A stretch of DNA of 64,000 nucleotides from an uncultured Spirochaetales bacterium. GTDB lineage: Bacteria > Spirochaetota > Spirochaetia > CAZAKE01. Each line of letters begins with the position of its first letter. The first letter of the stretch is position 1. Positions 20,121 to 28,333 of this stretch are shown here, piece by piece. The position numbers and the translations under genes were made by a program. Below the pieces are notes generated by a model. It saw only the letters and a list, made by a program, of their open reading frames with translations. It was not told where the DNA came from and ran no database searches. Location of the stretch: NCBI GenBank assembly GCA_964485495.1, contig CAZAKE010000002.1, positions 5,419 to 69,418 of the forward strand, written 5' to 3'.

Positions 20121-20648
20121 ATGAAAAGATTAATCACAATCGTAGCAGGTTCGCTCTGTTTGATCATCGGATCCGTCGTCATATTCGCTCAAGAGAGTAC
20201 GACGGCCGGATACTCCACGGTTACCGCAATCGAGATGACCTTTCAGTGGAAGGTAGAGGGGGATACGTTGCATTGCATCGTCTCCGCCCCGACCTCGGGA
20301 TGGGTCGCGGTGGGATTCGATCCGTCTCGAAGGATGAAAGATGCGAACATAATCATCGGCTATGTCGACGATGGAACGGTCGAGGTGTTCGACCATTACG
20401 GGGTTACCCCAATCGCTCACCTCGACGATACTCAGCGAGGCGGAACCACCGATGTTACCGACATCTCGGGGGATGAAACGAATAACACGACGGAAATTCG
20501 CTTTTCGATTCCCCTCGATTCGGGTGATAAACGCGATCGGGCCCTCTCTATGGGCAAGAGCTACGAGGTGATCCTCGCGTATGGGAGGAGCGACAGTCTT
20601 CGGGCTCAGCACGTGGCACGGACAACGGTAGAAATAGTGTTGAAATAG
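20121..20648 (+). CDS. secreted DOMON-like domain protein
   Basis: Signal peptide, beta-rich, GWVAVGF motif typical of DOMON ligand-binding domains. Confidence 0.5.
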   Translation: MKRLITIVAGSLCLIIGSVVIFAQESTTAGYSTVTAIEMTFQWKVEGDTLHCIVSAPTSGWVAVGFDPSRRMKDANIIIGYVDDGTVEVFDHYGVTPIAHLDDTQRGGTTDVTDISGDETNNTTEIRFSIPLDSGDKRDRALSMGKSYEVILAYGRSDSLRAQHVARTTVEIVLK

Positions 20649-20697
20649 CCGTTTGTAGAGATTCCTGTGCATTGTACTTGCATGAGAAGGAGACAAT

Positions 20698-20892
20698 ATG
20701 TCCGACAGCACGCCGGATGAAAAGATCGGTGAGGGATTGGTCCGTATCGGGGCAATAACGCTGGCGCAGGTAGATGAGGTACTCGAAGTACAAGCCACAG
20801 GGAACGATAGCCTCTTCGGAATCATCGCATTGGAATCCGGCTATGTGGATGAAGACGAATTACTGGATTATCTCGAATCGAGAGGGTTATGA
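20698..20892 (+). CDS. hypothetical small acidic protein
   Basis: ORF only, in a low-GC islet. No recognisable motif. Confidence 0.3.
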   Translation: MSDSTPDEKIGEGLVRIGAITLAQVDEVLEVQATGNDSLFGIIALESGYVDEDELLDYLESRGL

Positions 20893-20958
20893 TGGGATCA
20901 TTGCGTGGCGAACGGGAACCGAAAACAGTTCTTCACTTGTAGATAATGACTGTAGATA

Positions 20959-21255
20959 GTGACAAAGCCGGTGAATACCTGGTACCATGAGTCAAGAATG
21001 AAATTCGGAGAGTGGTATACAGAAAAGTATAGCGGAAGAAAACAGGAATTCCATCAACTACTCCATGTTGGCGATGACAACATCAGTGTGAATGAGTGGG
21101 TCCGCGACAAGAAGACCGGGAACTTTTCCCGAGTTCAGGAACACGTATCCATCGATCGCCGGTTTTATCAGAGTCGTATCGATGCAGAGGAGCTCATTCC
21201 CGTCGCCGATGAAGAGAGGGAGACACTGGAGGAGCTGGTAAAGCGAGCAACGTGA
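20959..21255 (+). CDS. hypothetical protein
   Basis: ORF only, low-GC islet, acidic C-terminus. Confidence 0.3.
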   Translation: MTKPVNTWYHESRMKFGEWYTEKYSGRKQEFHQLLHVGDDNISVNEWVRDKKTGNFSRVQEHVSIDRRFYQSRIDAEELIPVADEERETLEELVKRAT

Positions 21256-21349
21256 TAAATTCCAAGAATGCGCCGGGACGGCGTCGGCGTTGAAGATGCC
21301 GTTGTTCTCCGATTAGTGAAAAAAGATGTAATAAGGCGGTAGAGTCAGG

Positions 21350-21634
21350 ATGAAGGGTGTCGTATATACTACCAAAATTTCTCCAACATTCACCAATGGA
21401 AAGAAGGCGTCTCTGATTCTCGAGATATGGATTGAGGACATCGGAATCTGTATCAATGAGATAAACGGCGCGTTCCGTTCATCGGGTCCCCGTATGGCCT
21501 TTAATCATTATGGTACCATCAATGTGTCGGACGAGTTCTGTGTGTCTATCCAGGAGTACGTGGCCGGTAAAGAGTTCTTCGAACAGAATAATAGCAAGAT
21601 CTTCTCCGCGTTGAAGAAACGGTTTCAGCAGTAA
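21350..21634 (+). CDS. hypothetical protein
   Basis: ORF only, low-GC islet. Confidence 0.3.
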   Translation: MKGVVYTTKISPTFTNGKKASLILEIWIEDIGICINEINGAFRSSGPRMAFNHYGTINVSDEFCVSIQEYVAGKEFFEQNNSKIFSALKKRFQQ

Positions 21635-21657
21635 TAGTCCTTTTCCGTCTCCTCTCT

Positions 21658-21716
21658 CCATAGATATTCATTCCATAGATATTCATTCCATAGACATTCA
21701 TTCCTAGAAATTCATT
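21658..21716. repeat. 15-bp direct tandem repeat, about 4 copies (CCATAGATATTCATT)
   Basis: Copies at 21658, 21673, 21688 (one mismatch) and 21703 (14 bp), followed by an AT-rich promoter-like stretch upstream of the ArsR gene. Confidence 0.85.
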
Positions 21717-21918
21717 AGAGTATACTCGGGAATCCTCTCGTACCGGGAGTGTCCTCCCGTTTTCCTCATATGAGATGCGTACCTTGACATCCAGCGTCAT
21801 CGTATTATAATTATGTACATATTTAAATATATAAATATATAAGATTCTTGATTTCGTGCTTTCATGGGGCTGGGAGAGGGTGTATACTGGAGGAAGACTT
21901 CGACATAAGGTGGTGAGA

Positions 21919-22242
21919 ATGAACGAGATCGACTATGTGGCTGAATCGTTCAAGGCCCTCGGGGATGCGACGCGGCTTCGGCTATTGGAAATTTTGACGA
22001 GACAGGAATACACCAAGAAACATTGTGTCGGCGGGTTGAGCCGGCAATTGGGAATATCTCAGCCGAATGTATCTCACCATCTGAAGATATTGAAATCGGC
22101 GGGTCTTGTGCAATGTGCGAAGAGAGATGGGTTTTCATACTACGTCGTGAATAAATCCCGCTTGAGCGAGTTAGGCGGCAGGATCAATCCCGATACACTC
22201 GGCGCGAATCTTCAGCAGGATGGAGAGAATGAATCGGGGTAG
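21919..22242 (+). CDS. ArsR/SmtB family transcriptional regulator
   Basis: LGDATRLRLLEIL ... HLKILKSAGLV winged HTH. Confidence 0.8.
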   Translation: MNEIDYVAESFKALGDATRLRLLEILTRQEYTKKHCVGGLSRQLGISQPNVSHHLKILKSAGLVQCAKRDGFSYYVVNKSRLSELGGRINPDTLGANLQQDGENESG

Positions 22243-22335
22243 AAAGCGGCGGCACTTCTGTCTCGGAGTGTCGGATCTTCGAGGGAGCGAATCGGATCTC
22301 TCGAGTGATGCCGGCAGTATGATGAGGAATCGAGG

Positions 22336-23397
22336 ATGAAGAGGATGAAGAGACGATTAAAAATTGGGTTCGCTTTCGACCATATCTCCGAAGCGGAACT
22401 CGAGATGGATCGTCCTCGTAAGACGGTTGAGGCGGAATATGAGGATGATCGGACGTTGCAGTGGTTACGCGACACCTTGGGCCGATTCGGCAGGGTTAGC
22501 GATCTTCCGTTTGACTCCGCTATCGCTGATCGAATTACAAAAGCCGAACCGGATCTCATATTCAACATAACAGAAGGTTGGGGCGGCCGTAACAGAGAGA
22601 CCCTTGTTCCGTCCATTGCCGAAACCATGGGGATACCCTGCACCGGCTCCGATGCCTTTGCTCTTGGTCTTTCGCTGAACAAGGGGTTTACTAAAATCAT
22701 CGCCGCTCATTTCGGCATTCCCACGCCTCCGTTTGTAATGGCCGATACGCCGGAAACTATAGAGAAGGCGGCGTCGGAGGCGGATCGGATCGGATATCCC
22801 CTTATCGTAAAACCCAACACCGGGGGATCGAGCATGGGAATCACTCAGGCATCGAAGGTTCACACCCGCGAGGAACTCGTTCGTTTGGTGGAATGGATAC
22901 TAGAAACGTTCGATGATTCTGCGCTGATCGAACGATTCATTCCCGGAAGAGAGTATACCGGGGGCATCCTCGATGCCGGTACATGCATAGACTTACCGGT
23001 GGCGGAGACGGTAGTCAACCATGGCGATCCGGAGTCTTTCTATAGCAGCGAGATGAAGAGCGTCCATGCGAAAGAGATCGTCTGCCCGGCCGAGGTCGAA
23101 CTATCCGTGTATCGTACGGTTCAGGAATATTCCCATACAATTTTCCAGGCCCTCGGTTGCAAGGATCTCGCCAGGGTAGATTTCCGGGTCGGGGAGGACG
23201 GTATTCCCCAATTGCTGGAGATCAATCCACTGCCGGGCCTCTCACCGTACTACAGCATATTCCCGATTCAGGCCCGAAACGCCGGAATCGAGCCGGAGGA
23301 GATCATACGACAGTTAATACAGAACAACGCGTGGAACGGAGTCGGTACTTCCCGGCTCGTGTCGGGAGGCTCGGTACCCATACCGGCCGAGAGATGA
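22336..23397 (+). CDS. ATP-grasp ligase, D-alanine--D-alanine ligase-like
   Basis: Ddl-like N-terminal domain and an ATP-grasp fold (PLIVKPNTGGSSMGI ... EINPLPG). Substrates unknown. Confidence 0.75.
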   Translation: MKRMKRRLKIGFAFDHISEAELEMDRPRKTVEAEYEDDRTLQWLRDTLGRFGRVSDLPFDSAIADRITKAEPDLIFNITEGWGGRNRETLVPSIAETMGIPCTGSDAFALGLSLNKGFTKIIAAHFGIPTPPFVMADTPETIEKAASEADRIGYPLIVKPNTGGSSMGITQASKVHTREELVRLVEWILETFDDSALIERFIPGREYTGGILDAGTCIDLPVAETVVNHGDPESFYSSEMKSVHAKEIVCPAEVELSVYRTVQEYSHTIFQALGCKDLARVDFRVGEDGIPQLLEINPLPGLSPYYSIFPIQARNAGIEPEEIIRQLIQNNAWNGVGTSRLVSGGSVPIPAER

Positions 23398-23432
23398 CCA
23401 CAGACCGGAATAGCATATCAGGAGAGTAACGA

Positions 23433-24488
23433 GTGAAAATGCATGATTGGCGCAGCCAAGTCGCCGGTATTATCCGCGACACCGAGTCCCTCGGGAAACA
23501 TATTTCGTTGACCGATTCCGAAATCGAGGGTATTCATGCGGCCGAGAAGGAATTCAGCTGGCGCATCACCCCCTATTACGCCGGGCTGATGGGGGGGGAC
23601 GACTGTCCTATACGACGACAGGCGGTGCCGGATCCGGCCGAGTTGGATGATGCCGAAGGCATGATCGATCCGCTTCAGGAGGAGGACCACAATCCGGCGC
23701 CAAATGTGATCAAGGTGTATCCCGACCGAATCGCGTGGACGGTCTCGAATACGTGTCCGGTGTTGTGCCGGCATTGTCTACGGAAGCGCATGGTGGGGCG
23801 GGAGAACTTCGATTTCTCCGAAGAGGCCCGGGACGCGGCACTCGACTATATCGCACGAACTCCGGAGATTCGAGATGTGCTGATTACCGGCGGAGATCCA
23901 CTGATGTACGGCGACGCCTTCGTCGATGACTTGCTCGGGCGGCTCAGGGCCATACCCTCTGTTGAGATCATCCGCATCGGATCGAGGGCTCCCTGTACCA
24001 TGCCGCAGCGTATCACACCGGAGTTATGCGCAATACTCGAGAAGTATCACCCCTTGTGGCTGAATACCCAGTTCAATCACCCGAACGAACTGACACCGGA
24101 GGCTGCAGAGGCGTGCAGACGACTGGCCGATGCCGGGATCCCGCTGGGGAATCAGTCTGTGCTGCTCAAGGGGATCAACGACGTTCCGCAGGTGATGAAG
24201 ACGTTGGTTCAGGGGTTGGTGAAGATGAGGGTCCGACCCTATTACATCTATCAGGCTCAGGTACTGGCGGGAACCGCGCATTTCCGGACTCCGATCGAAA
24301 AGGGTATAGAGATCATCCGCAGCCTGCGAGGATACACCACCGGGTTCGCGGTTCCGGTATACCTTCTCGATACGCCCTACGGGAAGATCCCCATGCATCC
24401 CAACACTATCGAAAAACGTGATGATGACGCGGTTTACTTGAGGAGCTGGGACGGTAAGATCTGGCGGGAGCCGAATCCGCGGGAGTAG
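23433..24488 (+). CDS. KamA family radical SAM protein (lysine-2,3-aminomutase-like, EpmB-sized)
   Basis: CPVLCRHCLRKR (C-x3-C-x2-C) radical SAM site of the KamA type, ITGGDPL, PLP-region features, 351 aa. Confidence 0.85.
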   Translation: MKMHDWRSQVAGIIRDTESLGKHISLTDSEIEGIHAAEKEFSWRITPYYAGLMGGDDCPIRRQAVPDPAELDDAEGMIDPLQEEDHNPAPNVIKVYPDRIAWTVSNTCPVLCRHCLRKRMVGRENFDFSEEARDAALDYIARTPEIRDVLITGGDPLMYGDAFVDDLLGRLRAIPSVEIIRIGSRAPCTMPQRITPELCAILEKYHPLWLNTQFNHPNELTPEAAEACRRLADAGIPLGNQSVLLKGINDVPQVMKTLVQGLVKMRVRPYYIYQAQVLAGTAHFRTPIEKGIEIIRSLRGYTTGFAVPVYLLDTPYGKIPMHPNTIEKRDDDAVYLRSWDGKIWREPNPRE

Positions 24489-24491
24489 AGA

Positions 24492-25553
24492 ATGTCGAAT
24501 AGAGTGAGAGTCGGAGTCGTCGGAACCGGAAGGATGGGGAGCAAGCGTGCCGCCGATGTGGTTACCTTCTCGAACGCCGAACCTACATGGATCTGTTCCA
24601 GGGAGAAAGACCGCGCCGCATCGCTGATCGATTCTCTCGATCAGCGACACGGCCGTCTTCTCGGATACGAAGCCGTCGACGACTGGAAGGCCGCCGTAAT
24701 CAGAGATGATACCGATGCAGTGATCTTTACCACTCCCAACTCTCATCACGCCGAAAACATCCTAACGGCCGTAGAGGCGGGAAAGCATGTGTTCGTCGAG
24801 TATCCGCATGCCGTGTCGGCGACCGAACAGGAACATGTTCTGGCCGCGGTCAGGGGGCGAGAAAACGGGAGAGTAGTTCACGTGGGTCTTACTCATCGTT
24901 TTTCATCGTTGCATCTGCTCCTCGAAAAGAGATACTTTCATTCCGAGGGGGAGCGGCGGCTGGGTACCCCGACCGCAGGGCAGGTCACGATGTGCTCGGG
25001 TAATCCCATCAGCAGATGGTATGACGATCCGGTGAGATCCGGCGGAATGTTCGTCTCCTCCATGTTTCACTTTCTTGATGAAGCCATGAGTCTCTTCGGT
25101 TCTCCGGTGGATGTGTGGGCGGGGTATCAGTCGGAGACGAGTGAGTCCGGCAGTATCGAGTCGGACTGTGCCGATGTGACTCTGAGGTTCGACCAGGGGC
25201 AGGCGTGCCACATCACCTACGCGAGGGGATTTCCGAAACCCGGACTGGGGTCAAGATCCGTGTACCTGTTCAGTGGTGGGTATCTCGTCTCGGACGGCAA
25301 CGGCCTGCGGGAGCTCTCCCCTGCCGGCACTCGTGACGTTGTAGCGAAAGACGAGAATGCCGTAGAGCGTGATACCCACATGTTTCTCGAGACCTGTTCA
25401 AGGTGGGCCTCAGCTGGGACAGAAAGGGCGGATTTCCCAGGAGGGATACCGAAAAAGAGTCCCGGCGAGCCCCCTTCCAGTGATGACACGGTGAAGGCTG
25501 CAGTTGAAACCCTCCGAGTGGCATTGAAGGCGGCTGAGGCTGCGGATTCCTGA
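24492..25553 (+). CDS. Gfo/Idh/MocA family NAD(P)-dependent oxidoreductase
   Basis: N-terminal Rossmann motif VGVVGTGRMG. The tagged-on C-terminal alpha/beta domain is typical of the family. Confidence 0.75.
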   Translation: MSNRVRVGVVGTGRMGSKRAADVVTFSNAEPTWICSREKDRAASLIDSLDQRHGRLLGYEAVDDWKAAVIRDDTDAVIFTTPNSHHAENILTAVEAGKHVFVEYPHAVSATEQEHVLAAVRGRENGRVVHVGLTHRFSSLHLLLEKRYFHSEGERRLGTPTAGQVTMCSGNPISRWYDDPVRSGGMFVSSMFHFLDEAMSLFGSPVDVWAGYQSETSESGSIESDCADVTLRFDQGQACHITYARGFPKPGLGSRSVYLFSGGYLVSDGNGLRELSPAGTRDVVAKDENAVERDTHMFLETCSRWASAGTERADFPGGIPKKSPGEPPSSDDTVKAAVETLRVALKAAEAADS

Positions 25554-25556
25554 CGA

Positions 25557-25949
25557 CTACCGACCCGATGACTCCTCATCGTTCACAAGGGGCACGGTGA
25601 ACCGGAAGGTGCTCCCCCACTCGCCGGTCTCGAAGTCGATCTCTCCCTGATTACGCTCAACCAGATCCTTGCACAGGATCAGCCCGAGTCCGGTTCCCGG
25701 TTCTCCGGCGGTTCCCTCCGTCGAGAGATGATCGTCTATCTTGAATAGTTTCTCCTGGTCTTGCGGAGGAATCCCCACTCCGGTATCCGAGACTGAAATA
25801 CGACTCATTTTGGTATCGACCTGCTCCGATGAAATCGTGATCCGACCTCCGGGGAGAGTGAATTTAACGGCGTTCGACAGCAGGTTCCTGAAAACCGTGC
25901 TTAGCATCATCGGGTCCGCATAGAATTCATAACTGGTGAAGATTTGCAT
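25557..25949 (-). pseudogene. histidine kinase remnant (HATPase_c domain only; no HisKA or sensor)
   Basis: 130-aa ORF with N-, G1- and G2-boxes (NLLSNAVKF, DTGVGIP, GTGLGL) but no upstream H-box in any frame. Confidence 0.5.
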
Positions 25950-26049
25950 ACCCTTGTAGGAGAGCGTGTGAAGGAGGTCCAGACTGCCCGTGTAAAGATA
26001 GGTTACACCCAGGAAGATCAGGAACGGCAGACCCGCATAGTCATAGTTG

Positions 26050-26546
26050 CATCTCTACGTATGCGCAACCATTCCGGGTGTGGAATTCGATGCGCGGGAA
26101 TCGAGATTGCCGTGGTGTTGGCGATATGGTCGGGACAGTCGATACGTTCCATCGCCGAAATTTCCCTTCGAAGAGCGGTGAGTCTCGACAACATCATGCT
26201 CATGCTCGTTATCCTTCTGGTGATCTGGTTGAGTTCCACCATGGCCGAGAGCGGGACCATGCGAGACCTCGTTGTCGCCGTGCGCTCCAGGACCAATCGA
26301 CAGGTATCCATGGCCATGTTACCCGCCATCATCGGCCTGCTGCCCATGCCCGGTGGTGCGCTATTTTCCGCGCCGATGGTAGCCGACTGTGACGATACAG
26401 GATCGCTCCCGGCTACCACGAAAACCGCCGTCAACTACTGGTTCCGGCATATCTGGGAGTACTCCTGGCCGTTGTATCCGGGGATCCTGTTGGCGGTGGA
26501 TCTGGCGGGAATCAGCGTATGGAAGCTTCCGGTCGCGGCGATCCGG
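26050..26546 (+). pseudogene. internal fragment of a DUF401-like polytopic membrane protein
   Basis: Hydrophobic segments with the LPMPGGALFSAPMV...NYWFRHIWEY motif. No start codon, and it runs antisense into the FAH gene. Family assignment from memory. Confidence 0.35.
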
Positions 26547-27260
26547 TTATTTCCCCTCTTCTACCACCGGGTTCTTCAGGATTCCGATCTGTTCTATCTC
26601 CACCTCTACCGTATCGCCGTGTGTGATGGGACTCACGCCGCTGGGGGTACCGGTCATGATGATGTCTCCCTGAACGAGCGTGAAGTGTTTCGAGATGAAT
26701 GCGATGATCTCGGGTATCTGGAAGATCATGGCCGAGGTGTTGGCGTGCTGCCGTTCGGTCCCGTTCACGCGACAGACGATTTCGAGACTCTGAGGATCTT
26801 TCATCTCGTCAACGGGTACGACTACCGGTCCGATTGGGCCGAAGGTGTCGAGAGATTTCCCTCTGAACCAACCGGATTCATCGCCGTGCTGAATATTCCG
26901 CTGACTCACGTCGTTCATGCACGTGAATCCGAAAATATGGTCGTATGCGTCCGCCTTGGAGACATCCTTGCATGTATCCTTGATAAGAATCGCCAGTTCC
27001 GCCTCGTGGTCCACTCTGGGTGTCGCGAATCCGTACTCCTTCAGGAAGGCGGGAATCACGATCGGCACATCGGGCCCAATCAGCACATTCGGGGTTTTTG
27101 AGAAGAGGATCGGTTCTTCCGGCAGGTCGATTTTGGTGCCGCCAGACTGCATCTTGTTGTGTTCGGCAACATGTTCGCTGTAATTGAGTCCGAGACAGAG
27201 TATTTTCGATGGTGAAACCGTGTATTTCTCCTTGCGTCCTGCAATCGGCAATTGAATCAT
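26547..27260 (-). CDS. fumarylacetoacetate hydrolase (FAH) family protein
   Basis: FAH-fold motifs (GLNYSEH..., DHEAELAILI, IMTGTPSGV). Confidence 0.85.
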   Translation of the reverse strand: MIQLPIAGRKEKYTVSPSKILCLGLNYSEHVAEHNKMQSGGTKIDLPEEPILFSKTPNVLIGPDVPIVIPAFLKEYGFATPRVDHEAELAILIKDTCKDVSKADAYDHIFGFTCMNDVSQRNIQHGDESGWFRGKSLDTFGPIGPVVVPVDEMKDPQSLEIVCRVNGTERQHANTSAMIFQIPEIIAFISKHFTLVQGDIIMTGTPSGVSPITHGDTVEVEIEQIGILKNPVVEEGK

Positions 27261-27388
27261 CCGTGACCTCCGTAGGCTTAGCTCTATCGCAGGACACCAT
27301 ACACCAATCGTCCGTCAGTTGGAATAGGGATCATCTTAAAAGAGGGAATAGAGAGGGAATAGAGAGGGGGCATCCTTCTATTCAATAG

Positions 27389-28333
27389 TTGCCCAGACGC
27401 AACCCGCATGGTATACCTATTGGCATGAGCAGTGATGACACGAAGGAACTCTACAGTACAAAGACTCGAGACGTTGTAGTCTGTATCGGGGCGTATCTTG
27501 CGGCGTTGGTTGCCGCCTTGGTGGCCGGTTTTCTGATCAGGGATCTGCATCCGTTGGTCGTCGTGGCTGTTGCCGACGGTATTGCGACGATTGTAATATT
27601 TCTCTTCAGTGTCGCATTCGATAACTCCAGCCTATATGATCCATACTGGAGTGTGGCACCGTTACCGATTGCGATATATTATCTTTCCCTTTCACCGGAC
27701 GGTCTATTTTCGGCGCGGAGGGTCCTCGTGACTCTGTTTATCGCCGTCTGGGGGATTCGATTGACGTATAATTGGCTTCGGGGCTGGCCCGGTCTGTATC
27801 ACGAAGATTGGCGGTACGTGATGATACGACAGAGAACCGGAAGGTGGTACTGGCCGGCGAGTTTCGCATCGATACACTTCTTTCCGACGGTGATGGTGTA
27901 TCTTGGCTGTCTATCCGTGTATGCGGTCAATGTGAATCCTGCCGTTCCGCTGCACCTATTGGATGTAGTCGCGGCCCTGGTCGTCATCATGGCCATCTGG
28001 TTCGAGATGACCTCCGACCGGCAGCTGTTCCGGTTCCGACTCAACCGGGATAGTTCACGGGACCTGCTTGATGAGGGACTCTGGGGGTTGTGCCGGCATC
28101 CGAACTACTTTGGAGAGGTTTCATTCTGGTGGGGTCTCTTTCTGTTCGCCCTTGCAACCGGGTTCGAAAACTATTGGACCATAATCGGCCCTGTCGTGAT
28201 GACCGCCCTGTTTGTATTCATCAGCGTGCCGATGCTCGACAGACGGATGATGGAGCGGAAACCGGGATATGAAACCCGGATGCGGTCCGTCAGGGCGATC
28301 CTTCCGATACCGAAACGGAAAAGGGACACATGA
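27389..28333 (+). CDS. DUF1295 / steroid-5-alpha-reductase-ICMT superfamily membrane protein
   Basis: Polytopic membrane protein with GLWGLCRHPNYFGE motif. Alternative start at 27425. Confidence 0.65.
   Translation: MPRRNPHGIPIGMSSDDTKELYSTKTRDVVVCIGAYLAALVAALVAGFLIRDLHPLVVVAVADGIATIVIFLFSVAFDNSSLYDPYWSVAPLPIAIYYLSLSPDGLFSARRVLVTLFIAVWGIRLTYNWLRGWPGLYHEDWRYVMIRQRTGRWYWPASFASIHFFPTVMVYLGCLSVYAVNVNPAVPLHLLDVVAALVVIMAIWFEMTSDRQLFRFRLNRDSSRDLLDEGLWGLCRHPNYFGEVSFWWGLFLFALATGFENYWTIIGPVVMTALFVFISVPMLDRRMMERKPGYETRMRSVRAILPIPKRKRDT

Noticed and set aside
21546-21800. 84-aa ORF containing MNIYGMNIYGMNIYG
   Set aside because: The repetitive peptide is just the translation of the 15-bp tandem DNA repeat. 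No RBS and no coding-like context.
25944-27101. 385-aa plus-strand ORF
   Set aside because: Chimeric: the first third corresponds to a truncated DUF401-like fragment, and the rest is antisense to the well-supported FAH hydrolase gene.
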